A stretch of 59,764 bases of DNA. Origin: Bacteroidales bacterium. Its GTDB lineage: Bacteria > Bacteroidota > Bacteroidia > Bacteroidales > WCHB1-69. Position 1 is the first letter of the stretch. Each line of letters begins with the position of its first letter. Of the stretch, positions 17,401-27,160 are shown one piece after another. The notes under the pieces were generated by a model that did not search any database, was not told where the DNA came from, and was given only the letters and a program-made list of their open reading frames with translations. Position numbers and translations under genes: made by a program. The stretch lies in NCBI GenBank assembly GCA_045116675.1, contig JBGUMF010000063.1, positions 1 through 59,764 of the forward strand. Direction: 5' to 3'.

Positions 17401-19140
17401 GTCGAATGCCAGCTGTACATCTTCGCTCTGTTGGGCAAGGTAAATGGCTTTTTGTATGCCTTTGGCACTAGCGGAATCCACGGTCGGAAGCCGGTCGGCC
17501 ACGCGGCTGATGTCGAACTGCTCCAGCGAGATGTTCCCCTGCAGGGTGGGGAGCTTCTCTGTGATGTCGAACTGGCCGAGAATGTTGCCCTTCAGAAGCG
17601 GGTCATGGATTTCTACAGATCCGTTGTACAAACGGTTCTGATAGTCGGCGGAGACGTTCACATTCCGAAGGGGATAGTGGTAAAGATCCAGCCGTTGGAT
17701 GGTCCCGTCCAAATGGGCGGTCAGCGTCTTGAGGTTCTCCGCATCCAATCCGGAAGAGGCCATGTCTCCTTCTATATCGGCTGAGAAGCTGCTCATTCCA
17801 AGGAGGTTGTGGTTTCCTGTGAGGGCGGCCAGATTCAGGTCCGGCGACATCACTTTACCTGTCAGATGTGTGCTGCCGTCGCGGTCCACAAGGGAGGAGA
17901 AGACGACATCTGCAGACCCCAACGCACAGGCCAGCGCCGTCTCGGCATCGAAGTTGGAGGTGGTGCCCGTGAAGGCAAGCTTCAGCTTGGTGTTACCCAT
18001 CTTTGACACGGTCTTGGGGATGGGCAGCGTGCGTCCCCCAGGAATGGTGAAGTTGGCTAACTCCGGCACGCTGACGGTGGATGAGTCCAGCTGCAGGTTG
18101 AAATGCGCGTGGCGGAAGTCGGTGATGTTCCGCAGGGCAACATCTCCCCGCAGGCGCGTGAACAAACCCCATCCGGCATTTAATCCGATGATGCTGAAGT
18201 CATTAACCGTTCCTTGCACGCGATCGGCCTTTAGGAGGAAGGTCTCATCCATGCCCTTGATGGCGGGTGCGAATGCGGCCACATCCTGCATGGCCAAACG
18301 GGTGGGCCGGAGGTCTGACGTGATCCGTACCGAATCGATGAAATCACCGAGCTGACCCCATTCACAATAGCTGAAACGCAAATCAAGATTGGCGTTGCTG
18401 TTGGGCGTTCTGATGTGTAATTTGTTGAAAACTAATGCCGTGTCACAAATGGAGAAATCACCGCTGCCATCCAGCATCTCAAAGCCGCTGTATTGTGTGA
18501 ATGCTAAATGATTGAAATTGGCAGCCACTTGAGTGAATTTCATACTCCTCACTTTGAAATCGTCCGCATTCCAGTTGATATTGTCCAACTCAAAATAGCC
18601 GTAGTCGATGTCCGGATGCCCTTCAGTGTTGTACACTACCCGTTTGTCGTCGTTTATCAGTACGAAGCGTGAGTTGGAGAGAATGAGGTTCTTGGCCGTC
18701 AGCAGGAAAAGCTTCGGGTCCTCGTGATGGGGGAATTTTTTCGCCCAAATGGCGATGTTAACCGCATCCTCACCCGCATACTGGCGGATGACAACATTAG
18801 CCTTGTCAAGATGCACTTTCCCGAATTTTAGTTTCAACGGCTTGATGGAGAACGAATTGAGCCGCCCCTTTACGGTCCCCACATAGATCATGTCGTTGTG
18901 GTGTGCGTCGTGGATGCGGAAGTCGTGGGCCACGAGTTGCAGGGTGGGGGTTACATGGACGTCTTTCATGGAGATCTCCGACCCCCATTTCTCGGAGATG
19001 GACTGGGTGAGCTTGTTGACGGCAAAGGTCTGGATGGCGGGCACGAAGAGCAATCCCACGATGAGGAGGTCGAGGGCGATGAAGCCCACGAGCACCCAGA
19101 GGATTATCTTCCCGATTTTTTTACTAATTTTGCCGCCCAC
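14467..19140 (-). CDS. tamB: Translocation/assembly module TamB (DUF490 / AsmA-like)
   Basis: N-terminal TM helix then PAIQT, ~1550 aa of beta-rich sequence, DUF490-like C-terminus (GGTIHFDG); start inferred at GTG 19140. Confidence 0.8.
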   Translation of the reverse strand: MGGKISKKIGKIILWVLVGFIALDLLIVGLLFVPAIQTFAVNKLTQSISEKWGSEISMKDVHVTPTLQLVAHDFRIHDAHHNDMIYVGTVKGRLNSFSIKPLKLKFGKVHLDKANVVIRQYAGEDAVNIAIWAKKFPHHEDPKLFLLTAKNLILSNSRFVLINDDKRVVYNTEGHPDIDYGYFELDNINWNADDFKVRSMKFTQVAANFNHLAFTQYSGFEMLDGSGDFSICDTALVFNKLHIRTPNSNANLDLRFSYCEWGQLGDFIDSVRITSDLRPTRLAMQDVAAFAPAIKGMDETFLLKADRVQGTVNDFSIIGLNAGWGLFTRLRGDVALRNITDFRHAHFNLQLDSSTVSVPELANFTIPGGRTLPIPKTVSKMGNTKLKLAFTGTTSNFDAETALACALGSADVVFSSLVDRDGSTHLTGKVMSPDLNLAALTGNHNLLGMSSFSADIEGDMASSGLDAENLKTLTAHLDGTIQRLDLYHYPLRNVNVSADYQNRLYNGSVEIHDPLLKGNILGQFDITEKLPTLQGNISLEQFDISRVADRLPTVDSASAKGIQKAIYLAQQSEDVQLAFDNFMIAFKGNCLDNLNGYLGCDNIRYQNDQGEMSNKRLRLTAINREDFHKFILSSSMVNATLESSYPTATMLDSLKTLAFNYFPDLLKNSGKKREESGVENPTHYSRQDGYIKAHVATYNTYNLVRLFNPDIFIAPNCNLDVEISSSANDDVISASVPFIGIRRKVAVYNLTVNGSSEDHRTLDLNFKSDSVIAILTNTRIPFDNISLGTRTQDDTIRYDLRWQNRFNSKTTPNSQMAGMVSLDDLKDIAVNISESGIYINDHRWGFIDNNSVRIQPDGILIQNLVFTDDQTRGISADGLFSKKKNGELKLKVNDMNVSMVNSVVNNMEFDGLLSADFTVLNRDKKMITFGKALISDFKFNQDSIGDVFALAALDTVGQIIFTGGIFQESKPLMAKDLASFDVRQFIQAQDKTAEIRGHYYPEKKDLAIHTSFDSLSAGFLTPFLSSFSNYINGKASGKLSFYSTPKASYFDGTVHVVDANMDISSIGTNYNVKDQDIGFDAKGIHFDNMRITDRDGNVAYMNGHIHHNFFRDMTLDLNIRTNRLQVLNTPKDATSIFYGTGYASGIVNITGDGEKILIKGDNLQTLTGTKITLQVSSANSASQSDIIQFKPKASDKNEDLSSTIIESDSKTNILLDFTFDVKNDANIVLILESIGGTMNARADGLFQLTYDMQQNDLGLYGNLSLHSGDFKIALYNLLNSRLTLVPGGTIHFDGPLEDMVVNISAFKTSKTSLTNIIPEGYSGNAVPVNAYMHLNGPIMKQLEPTFSFELPNSSEEFRNLFYTAIDTSNKENTTKQFAYFLITNNFMASDLFSGNGSGFQITNLFRNMVNNMLSSIMENQKGSFGITYNQETETSAAEYGLTANASLLKDRMTIETSIGYYDDATRSAANNMYGDLMLQYSLNKTGTWKVKAYTNIGERNEDLYMHDNQINYVAGVALAFKQDFNSKRKQKGTAKKPKQGKETVEKSKQGKKNEQHK

Positions 19141-19152
19141 AATTTTAAGGTT

Positions 19153-20175
19153 ATGTCCGTTTATATTCTTGGTATCGAATCCTCGTGTGACGACACTTCC
19201 GCCGCCGTCATAGAAGATACGACGATTTTGTCCAATGTCATTGCCAGTCAGAAGGTTCACGCTGAATACGGTGGCGTTGTGCCGGAGCTGGCGTCGCGTG
19301 CGCATCAGCAAAATATCATTCCCGTGATTGACACGGCATTAAAGCGCGCAAAGATAAACAAAAATCAGTTATCCGCCATCGCTTTCACAAACGGCCCCGG
19401 ATTGCTGGGTTCGTTGCTGGTGGGAAGCTCCTTTGCAAAGGCTATGGCCTACTCGCTGGACATCCCCTTGATACAGGTGGACCACCTGCAGGCCCATGTG
19501 TTGGCGAATTTTTTGCAAAAAAAGGATGAAACCAAGCCCGTACCCGCATTCCCGTTCCTCTGCCTCACCGTGTCCGGCGGACACACGCTGCTGCTGCAGG
19601 TGAACGACTACTTCGACATGCAACGCATCGGCGGTACCATCGATGATGCGGCGGGCGAAGCCTTCGACAAGGCAGCCAAAATCCTCGGATTGCCCTATCC
19701 GGGCGGTCCCGTTATCGACCGCTATGCAAAAGAGGGTAATCCGCGACGCTTCCAGTTTGCCGTCTCACATCTGCCGGGCCTTGATTACAGTTTCAGCGGA
19801 CTGAAGACATCGTTCCTCTATTTTGTCCGGGATAATTTGAAGGAGAATCCGAATTTTATTGAGGAGAATATCCACGATTTATGCGCATCCATCCAGTATG
19901 CGATTATCAAGTCCTTGACCGACAAATTGGTGAAGGCTTTGAAACAGACTAACTGTCAGGATCTTGTGTTGGCGGGCGGCGTGTCGGCCAACTCCGGCTT
20001 GCGCGATGCGGCTACCGACCTTGCCCGTCGCTACCGCAAGAATGTATTCCTGCCCACGCTTGACCTCACCACCGACAACGCGGCCATGATCGCCGTTTGC
20101 GGCTATTTCAAATTTCTCCAAAAAGATTTTGTGGGTGTGGACATTGTGCCGTATAGCAGTGAACGAGCCCGATAA
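19153..20175 (+). CDS. tsaD: tRNA threonylcarbamoyladenosine transferase TsaD
   Basis: ILGIESSCDDT, GGVVPELASRAH, H..AH, VSGGHT, DDAAGEAFDK, TDNAAMIA. Confidence 0.97.
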   Translation: MSVYILGIESSCDDTSAAVIEDTTILSNVIASQKVHAEYGGVVPELASRAHQQNIIPVIDTALKRAKINKNQLSAIAFTNGPGLLGSLLVGSSFAKAMAYSLDIPLIQVDHLQAHVLANFLQKKDETKPVPAFPFLCLTVSGGHTLLLQVNDYFDMQRIGGTIDDAAGEAFDKAAKILGLPYPGGPVIDRYAKEGNPRRFQFAVSHLPGLDYSFSGLKTSFLYFVRDNLKENPNFIEENIHDLCASIQYAIIKSLTDKLVKALKQTNCQDLVLAGGVSANSGLRDAATDLARRYRKNVFLPTLDLTTDNAAMIAVCGYFKFLQKDFVGVDIVPYSSERAR

Positions 20176-20200
20176 GGGAGTGAACAGGGGTCAGTAGTTA

Positions 20201-22354
20201 CTACCGTACGATTTCAAAGTCCATCTGCCGTTTGATCATGTCCACCGCCACGACGCGCACCTTGATGCTGTCGCCGAAGCGGAGCGAGTGTCCGTGGTGC
20301 AGACCAACCAGCGTATAGTTTTCTTCGTCAATGTAATAGAAATCGTCATCGAAGCTGCGCATGGGAATCATGCCCTCGCATTTCGATTCCACCAATTCCG
20401 CATAGACGCCCCATTTGGAGATGCCAGAGACAGTCGCGTCGAACACTTGTCCGATTTTGTCCACCAAATATTCGGCCTGCTTGTACTTCACGGAGTCGCG
20501 TTCGGCTTGTGTGGCCTGCTGCTCCATTTGCGAACAGTGCTTGCAGTATTCCTCGAATTGGTCTTTGTTAACACTTTCTTTATTAGCTAAATAATGGTCT
20601 AATAAACGATGCACCATCAGGTCGGGATAACGGCGGATGGGGGAGGTGAAATGGGTGTAGTAGGGGAAAGCCAGCCCGTAGTGTCCGATGTTCTCCGTGG
20701 AGTAGCAGGCTCTCGCCATGATGCGGATCGAGAGCTTGCTCAGCATGTCGTAGTCGCCTTTCCCCTTTTCGTCAGCCAGCATCTGGTTCAGCGAACCGCG
20801 GAACGCCTTCGTGGAGGTGGTCTTCAGATCGAATCCCAGCTTCTTGACGAAGGTCTTGAAGGTGTTCAGCTTCTCATCCAGAGGTTTGTCGTGGATACGA
20901 TAGACGAATGTGTTGGGTGTTTTCCCTGTCAGACGCTTGCGCCCGATCTTCTCAGCTACCCGTTTGTTAGCCAGCAACATAAACTCCTCAATCAGCCAGT
21001 TGGCTTCCTTCTGTACTTTCAGATATACGCCGATGGGATGGCTGTTCTCGTCCAGCTTAAATTTAACCTCTTCTGTCTCGAAGTTGATGGCATTATTATC
21101 GAAACGCTGCTTCCGCATGATAGATGCCAAGTCATTGAGTTTTATAATGATATCCGACAAATCGCCATTCTTGGTCTCGATGATTTCCTGCGCCTCTTCG
21201 TAATTGAATCGGCGGTTGGAGTTGATGACGGTGTGCCCGAACCACTCTTTGTGGACCTTGGCTTGGTCGTCAAGGTCGAACACTGCGCTGTAGCAGAGCT
21301 TGTCTGCACCAGGGTTGAGCGAGCAGAGGTTGTTGGACAAGGCCTCCGGCAGCATTGGGATGGTGCGGTCCACCAGATAGACGGAGGTGGCGCGGTCGTA
21401 GGCTTCGGCGTCCAGTGCCGTGCCCGGGCGCACGTAATACGACACGTCCGCAATGTGGATGCCCACGCGGTACAGCCCGTTGTCGAGCACCTCAAACGAA
21501 AGCGCGTCGTCAAAGTCCTTGGCATCTGCAGGGTCGATGGTGAAGGTGGTGGCAGCGCGGAAGTCCCGCCGACGCAGGATCTCTTTTTCCGGGATTTGCG
21601 TGGGGATCGCGGCGGCTTCCTCCTCGACTTTCTTGGGGAAGGTGAGCGGGAAGTCGTTCTCGGCCAGGATGGCCAGCATCTCCACGTTGTTGTTGCCGGG
21701 CTTGCCCAGCACGTGGATGACCTCACCCAGCGGACTGCGCGTGCCCGCCGGCCAGTCCACGATGATCACCACCACCTTGTCGCCGCTCTTGGCCTTTTTC
21801 AGTAAGCGGCCCGGGATGATGATGTCGCGACGGAAGAAGGCGTTGTCGGGAATGAAATAGGCCACACCCTTCTTCACCTGGATGGTGCCCACCAGTTGGC
21901 GTTTGCTCCGTTGGACAACCTCAACCACTTGTCCCTCACGACGTTTGCCCTTCCGGGATGGAAATAAGGATACGCGCACGATGTCGCGGTCGAGGGCGTT
22001 GCCCAGATTGCCGTCGGCAATGAATATGTCCTCTTCCAAAGACTCGTCGTGGGTTTCGTTGCGGTCGTATTGCGGGATGACGAAGGCCATGCCGCTGCGT
22101 TTCATCTCAATCTTGCCCGTTATGATGTTGCGTCCACTTTCTTTGCCTTTCAACTGCTTGTAGTTGAGGCGGTATTTGCCGCGCCCGGCCTTGAGCAGCA
22201 GCTTGGCCTCAATCAGCCGGTCGATATGTTCCTTGACCTTCTCGCGCCCCTTCTTGTCATATACCCCAACCTTGGCGGCAATCTGTTTGTAATTGAGCTT
22301 TTCATTCTTGCCCTGCATGAGGGCGTCGATTATTTTTTTTGATAAATCTTCCAT
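20201..22354 (-). CDS. rnr: Ribonuclease R
   Basis: FTIDPADAKDFDDA, HIADVS, YTHFTSPIRRYPD, C-terminal S1 domain. Confidence 0.96.
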   Translation of the reverse strand: MEDLSKKIIDALMQGKNEKLNYKQIAAKVGVYDKKGREKVKEHIDRLIEAKLLLKAGRGKYRLNYKQLKGKESGRNIITGKIEMKRSGMAFVIPQYDRNETHDESLEEDIFIADGNLGNALDRDIVRVSLFPSRKGKRREGQVVEVVQRSKRQLVGTIQVKKGVAYFIPDNAFFRRDIIIPGRLLKKAKSGDKVVVIIVDWPAGTRSPLGEVIHVLGKPGNNNVEMLAILAENDFPLTFPKKVEEEAAAIPTQIPEKEILRRRDFRAATTFTIDPADAKDFDDALSFEVLDNGLYRVGIHIADVSYYVRPGTALDAEAYDRATSVYLVDRTIPMLPEALSNNLCSLNPGADKLCYSAVFDLDDQAKVHKEWFGHTVINSNRRFNYEEAQEIIETKNGDLSDIIIKLNDLASIMRKQRFDNNAINFETEEVKFKLDENSHPIGVYLKVQKEANWLIEEFMLLANKRVAEKIGRKRLTGKTPNTFVYRIHDKPLDEKLNTFKTFVKKLGFDLKTTSTKAFRGSLNQMLADEKGKGDYDMLSKLSIRIMARACYSTENIGHYGLAFPYYTHFTSPIRRYPDLMVHRLLDHYLANKESVNKDQFEEYCKHCSQMEQQATQAERDSVKYKQAEYLVDKIGQVFDATVSGISKWGVYAELVESKCEGMIPMRSFDDDFYYIDEENYTLVGLHHGHSLRFGDSIKVRVVAVDMIKRQMDFEIVR

Positions 22355-22434
22355 TTTTTTAGTTTGTAGTAATAGATTAAATAATTTTAGTAAGATGTTG
22401 TAAAATAATAGATTAGTAAAATAATTTTTGTTTT

Positions 22435-23406
22435 TTATGGTTTGATGTGATCGGTTTTGTATTTGCCGTTTTCATCGTAAATGAACCACGCTTCCAGTTC
22501 GGGGTGGTTGTGTAGGATTTGGGTGGAACGGTCGCGACCGAGCACCATGAAGGCGGTTGCGAAGGCATCGGCGGTGGTGCAGTCGGGGGCGATGACCGTG
22601 ACGCTGAGCAGGTTGGTCTCTTCCGGTCGTCCCGTCGCCGGATTGAGGATGTGGGTGTAGCGCACGCCGTCGCGTTCGCGGTAGTTGCGGTAATTGCCTG
22701 AGGTGGCTACCGCTCTGTCGGACAGCTCGAATTGTTGGCTGCTCTCCACTGGGCCGTCCGCGCTCTCTGTCGGAATCTGGATGCCCACTTTCCAGGGTTT
22801 CCCGTTCTTGTGTCCTGAGGCCACCACCTCACCGCCAATCTCCACGATGAAGTCCTTGTATCCCAGATGCTTGAACAATGCTGCCACCTTGTCCACGGCG
22901 AATCCCTTAGCGATGGCATTGAAGTTCAGCTGCACGTGCGGGTCCCGCTTAACGAGGCGGTCGCCCTCCAACCCGATCAGCCGATAGTTCACGAACTGCC
23001 GCACAGAATCGACAACTTCCGGACTGGGGGAGGTCGTTGTCTTTTCCCGTCCGAAGCCCCAAAGTTCGATGAGGGGCTGGCAGGTGCAGTCGAAGGCCCC
23101 GTTCGTCAGCTCCGAGACGGAGAGTGCCTTTTGGATGATGTGCTGCAGGTCGGCATCTGGCGCAAGATCTTCACCGCGGTTGATGCGAGACAGCAGCGAA
23201 TTCGTATCGAAGACCGAGAAGGTGGCGTTGACCACTTGGAGCACGGAGTCCACGCGGGCGGGCATGTCCGGGTCATCCGCACCCATGTAGGTGATGTGGT
23301 AAATCGTGCCTAACGCACGCCCTTCGAAGGTGTTGGGATAATCTTGTCGGCATCCGGCAAAGGTGACCAGGATGAAACCGAGGAATAGAATTATGTATGA
23401 TTTCAT
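22435..23406 (-). CDS. apbE: FAD:protein FMN transferase lipoprotein
   Basis: Lipobox FAGC; AIAKGFAVD, EIGGE, ATSGNYRNY, HILNP.TG; the ORF-track extension to 24165 is the antisense of recR. Confidence 0.93.
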   Translation of the reverse strand: MKSYIILFLGFILVTFAGCRQDYPNTFEGRALGTIYHITYMGADDPDMPARVDSVLQVVNATFSVFDTNSLLSRINRGEDLAPDADLQHIIQKALSVSELTNGAFDCTCQPLIELWGFGREKTTTSPSPEVVDSVRQFVNYRLIGLEGDRLVKRDPHVQLNFNAIAKGFAVDKVAALFKHLGYKDFIVEIGGEVVASGHKNGKPWKVGIQIPTESADGPVESSQQFELSDRAVATSGNYRNYRERDGVRYTHILNPATGRPEETNLLSVTVIAPDCTTADAFATAFMVLGRDRSTQILHNHPELEAWFIYDENGKYKTDHIKP

Positions 23407-23493
23407 TGTTTGCATTTTGGCGCGGCAAAAATACGAATTAATTTGGATAAAAGGATTTATTTTGTACTTTTGCCGCTCAAACCATTTGCCGAT

Positions 23494-24120
23494 ATGCTCT
23501 CCGTTTACTCTAAGAATCTGGAAAATGCCGTCAATGAGATTGCCAAGCTTCCCGGCATCGGGCGGCGCACGGCCCTGCGTCTGGCCCTCCATCTGTTGAA
23601 GACCGATGCGGAGGAGGTGGGCCAGCTCACCGACCGCATCAACCGTCTGAAGACCGATGTGTGCCTCTGCCGCAAGTGCTACAACATCTCCGACAGCGAG
23701 GTGTGCGACATCTGCGCGAATCCCAAGCGCGACGAGGCCACCATCTGCGTGGTGCAGGACATCCGTGATGTGATTGCCATCGAGAACACGAACCAATACA
23801 GCGGCTTGTATCATGTGCTGGGCGGTGTCATCTCGCCCATGGACGGCATCGGCATCCACCAGCTGCGTCTGCAGGAATTGTTTGCGCGGGTGGAGATGGG
23901 CGCGGTGAAGGAGCTGATCCTGGCTCTGCCGGCTACCGTGGAAGGCGACACTACCAACTTCTTCATTTACAAGAATGTGAAAGAAAAGGTCCCGAAGATT
24001 TCGACCATCGCCCGCGGCATTGGAGTGGGGGAAGAGCTCGAATACGCCGACGAGGTCACCCTCGGCCGCTCGCTGCTGGCCCGCACCGACTTCGACGTGG
24101 CCTATAGGAAACAGTCGTAG
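23494..24120 (+). CDS. recR: Recombination mediator RecR
   Basis: LPGIGRRTALRLA, C4 zinc finger, YHVLGG.ISPMDG, LEYADEVTL. Confidence 0.97.
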   Translation: MLSVYSKNLENAVNEIAKLPGIGRRTALRLALHLLKTDAEEVGQLTDRINRLKTDVCLCRKCYNISDSEVCDICANPKRDEATICVVQDIRDVIAIENTNQYSGLYHVLGGVISPMDGIGIHQLRLQELFARVEMGAVKELILALPATVEGDTTNFFIYKNVKEKVPKISTIARGIGVGEELEYADEVTLGRSLLARTDFDVAYRKQS

Positions 24121-24150
24121 CTCGTTTTTTTTTTTCTCGGAATAATATTC

Positions 24151-24178
24151 GTAGAGACGTGCCATGGCGCGTCTCTAC
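24151..24178. repeat. GTAG-type REP palindrome GTAGAGACG-N10-CGTCTCTAC
   Basis: Perfect 9-bp arms; second copy at 47899-47926; lies between convergent genes. Confidence 0.85.
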
Positions 24179-24197
24179 ATGCGGTTATATTTGAAAT

Positions 24198-25088
24198 TTA
24201 TGTGTTTAGCGTGGGAATTAGAATTTTCAAACTCCCCGGCACAATCCGTATGTCAAGGGTGGCGGGCATCATCACGGGTTCGCCGTCGATGTTGACAACG
24301 CCCTCTTGGGAACGTTTCACCTGGATGTGTTGGGCTTTGATTTCCGTAAAATAGCGGGAATGGTCCAGTCGTCCGGCCATCATCTTCAGGGCGGTGTCGG
24401 GAGCCTGCAGCAGGGTGGGGCGGTTGAGGATGCAGATGTCGATGAGGCCGTCCTGCAGGGATGCCTGCGGGGCAATGATGGCGTGGTAGCCGAATTGGTT
24501 GGCGTTGGCGAAGGTGATGAGCAAGGGGCTGCACTCCAGAGTTGTCTGCCCGTCGAAGATGAGCGTATAGCGTTCCTCCTTGAAGTGGAGGTAGTTGGCC
24601 AGCGCGTATTGCGAGTAGGGTAGGAAGCCCCGGCGCGGGTCGCGGGAGAAGTCGTAGGCGGTCTGTGCGTCCAACCCGATGCCGGCCACGCTGATGTAGG
24701 GTGTTCCGTTGATGGTGGCGGTGTCAATGCGTTGTATCTCACCATTTTGCAGGAGTGTAAGGGCTTTGTCCGTCCGCAGCGGGAGGTGCAGGCTTCGGGC
24801 GAGGCCGTTGCCAGACCCGTAAGGGATGACCGCCAGCGCCGTCTCTGTGCCGATGAGGCTCCGGGCCACCTCGTTGATGGTGCCGTCGCCACCCACCGCC
24901 GCCACGATGTCATAGCGTCCTACGGCCTCCTCCGCCAGTTCTGTGGCATGGCCCGCGTGTGCGGTGAAGACGATTTCGTAATCGAAATCGGCGGAATCCA
25001 GACAACGGGCTACGCGGTCTGGAAAGTTCTGCTTGGCCTTGTGCCCTGAAATGGGATTGACAATGAATAAAATGCGCTTTTTCGGCAT
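24198..25088 (-). CDS. Diacylglycerol kinase family lipid kinase (YegS/DagK-like)
   Basis: IVNPISG, GGDGTINEV, GSGNGLAR, NIDGE. Confidence 0.92.
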   Translation of the reverse strand: MPKKRILFIVNPISGHKAKQNFPDRVARCLDSADFDYEIVFTAHAGHATELAEEAVGRYDIVAAVGGDGTINEVARSLIGTETALAVIPYGSGNGLARSLHLPLRTDKALTLLQNGEIQRIDTATINGTPYISVAGIGLDAQTAYDFSRDPRRGFLPYSQYALANYLHFKEERYTLIFDGQTTLECSPLLITFANANQFGYHAIIAPQASLQDGLIDICILNRPTLLQAPDTALKMMAGRLDHSRYFTEIKAQHIQVKRSQEGVVNIDGEPVMMPATLDIRIVPGSLKILIPTLNT

Positions 25089-25153
25089 GGGTACAATGAT
25101 TGAGAACGCAAAAATACAAAAAAAGATTACTTTTGCATCCTCAATCCGCATTT

Positions 25154-27091
25154 ATGAAAAAACTCTGGAAGAATGATTTTACGGTCTTGGTAATGAGGAT
25201 TTTACCATTATATATTTGTATTCTCATCACCCAGATCCTTTTTTACTTTTATAATCGTCCGGTAATCGGCGATCTCTTGGGCGTCGAGCTTCCGATGCTC
25301 TTTTGGGGTTCCCTGAAGTTCTCCACGATTTCAATTTTGTATCTGAATGCGCCGTTCATCATGCTCTCCCTGCTGCCGTTGCGTGTGCGTGGCACCAAAG
25401 GCTACCAGCGGATGCTCTTCTGGCTTTATACGATTACGAATTCCATCGGCATAGTCATCCTGAATCTGGCTGATGTGATATACTATCGTTATGCTTTTAA
25501 GCGGATTACATTAGAGGAGATGCACTTTTTTGAGGAGAACGACAATACGTTTGGTATTCTCTTCAAGTCGATGGGGGAAAACTGGTATGTGGTGCTGTTG
25601 GCGGCGTTGTTGATTTTTTTTCTTGTTTATGTTTATAAGAAAATAAAATATCATCCTACGGAAATTGCCAATCCTATAGCGTATTACGTGACAAATACTT
25701 TGATTCTGGCGGTCTCTTTCCTGCTGTGGGTGGCGGGGGTGCGCGGCTCCACGGAGTGGAAGGCTCGCCCGGTGACCATCAGCAATGTGGCTTACTACAC
25801 GCAGTCGCCGCAGAAAGGGGCGGTGGCGTTGAGCAATCCGTTCTGTCTCTTGCGCATGATCGGCATCCACCAGATCGAGGTGCCGCACTATTTCTCCGAG
25901 GACGAAGAAGAAACTCTGTTTACGCCGTATCATTATCCGGCTTTGTCGCAGGCGCCTGTGGCCGCGGGCAAGAATGTCGTCATCTTTGTGCTGGAGAGTT
26001 TCAGCCGCGAGCACTCGCAATACTTGGCTCCCCACCTAAACCCGTGGGGCGGTTACACACCCTTCCTGGATTCGCTGATGCGCGAGGGGCTTGTTTTCCC
26101 GAATGCATACGCCAACGGCATGAAATCGATAGAGGCGCTGCCCTCGATTTTAGCTTCCATACCATCGTATAAAACCTCGTTCGCCTTATTGCCGCAGGCC
26201 TTGTCGCCGTTGGACGGTCTTCCGAGAATATTGTCGGAACAGGGCTACTCAACGCACTTCTTCTGTGGTGCCCGGGCCAACCAGATGGGCTTCGAGGCGT
26301 TTGGCAAGCTGGCTGGCATCAACCGTTTCCACAATCGGGAGGATTATGAGGCCAAACATCCCGGGCCGGGGCAGGCCAACATCTGGGGCGTGTGGGACAT
26401 GCCGTTCCTGCAGTTCGTGGCCGAAGAGCTGGAAGTGATGAAGCCGCCATTTTTCACGGCGGTGTTCACGCTGAGTTCCCATCACCCGTATGACTTGCCC
26501 GATCCGTACGCTGGCAACATGCCGGAGGGCAATACGCCCGTGCAACCCTGCGTGGCCTTCACCGACTTGTCTATCCGAAAGTTTTTTGAGAAGGCGTCCA
26601 AGATGCCGTGGTTCCAGAATACCCTCTTTGTCTTCGTCGCTGACCATGTGTCGCCGCAGATGGCCCACCCCGAGACACGCACGGCCAAGGGCAACACCGC
26701 TATCCTCTACTTCATGTACACGCCGGACCACTCCGTAAAGGGCCGTTACGAGCCGGTGACCCAGCAGCTGGACATTATGCCCACCGTTTTGGGATTGATG
26801 GGCTACGAGAAACCCTATTTCGCCTTCGGGCGCGACATCTTCAATGAGCCGGACCGTGCTCCAATGGTGGTGAACTGCGTGAACCAGACCTATCAATGCC
26901 TGACGGATTCCATCAGCCTCTATTTTGATGGCAGCCGGAGGCTTTACGTGTATAATGCGAACGACACGCTCCAGCAACGCAATGTGCTGGATGCGGGCAG
27001 CATCTTGCAACGGAATCTTGAAACAGATATGAAAGCCCTTCTGCAATCCTACTACAGGCATGTGTCGGAAGGAAAGTTCCGCGTTCCGTAA
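25154..27091 (+). CDS. LTA synthase family membrane sulfatase/phosphotransferase
   Basis: About five N-terminal TM helices; NVVIFVLES, YTPFLDSL, SSHHPY, VADH, QLDIMPT. Confidence 0.92.
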   Translation: MKKLWKNDFTVLVMRILPLYICILITQILFYFYNRPVIGDLLGVELPMLFWGSLKFSTISILYLNAPFIMLSLLPLRVRGTKGYQRMLFWLYTITNSIGIVILNLADVIYYRYAFKRITLEEMHFFEENDNTFGILFKSMGENWYVVLLAALLIFFLVYVYKKIKYHPTEIANPIAYYVTNTLILAVSFLLWVAGVRGSTEWKARPVTISNVAYYTQSPQKGAVALSNPFCLLRMIGIHQIEVPHYFSEDEEETLFTPYHYPALSQAPVAAGKNVVIFVLESFSREHSQYLAPHLNPWGGYTPFLDSLMREGLVFPNAYANGMKSIEALPSILASIPSYKTSFALLPQALSPLDGLPRILSEQGYSTHFFCGARANQMGFEAFGKLAGINRFHNREDYEAKHPGPGQANIWGVWDMPFLQFVAEELEVMKPPFFTAVFTLSSHHPYDLPDPYAGNMPEGNTPVQPCVAFTDLSIRKFFEKASKMPWFQNTLFVFVADHVSPQMAHPETRTAKGNTAILYFMYTPDHSVKGRYEPVTQQLDIMPTVLGLMGYEKPYFAFGRDIFNEPDRAPMVVNCVNQTYQCLTDSISLYFDGSRRLYVYNANDTLQQRNVLDAGSILQRNLETDMKALLQSYYRHVSEGKFRVP

Positions 27092-27160
27092 TTTTTTGTA
27101 TTTTCGCCGCCTTTTATATTTTTATTGTATTCAGTGAATTAATTTAAAAACACAATAGAT

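Noticed and set aside
19141-19311. N-terminal extension of tamB, and the reciprocal tsaD extension from 18898
   Set aside because: Each extension is just the antisense of the other gene; family-like sequence begins at about 19140 and 19153.
23407-24165. 576-aa fused ApbE ORF
   Set aside because: The extra ~250 aa are the antisense of recR; the lipoprotein signal and a promoter box (23426-23433) mark the real start.
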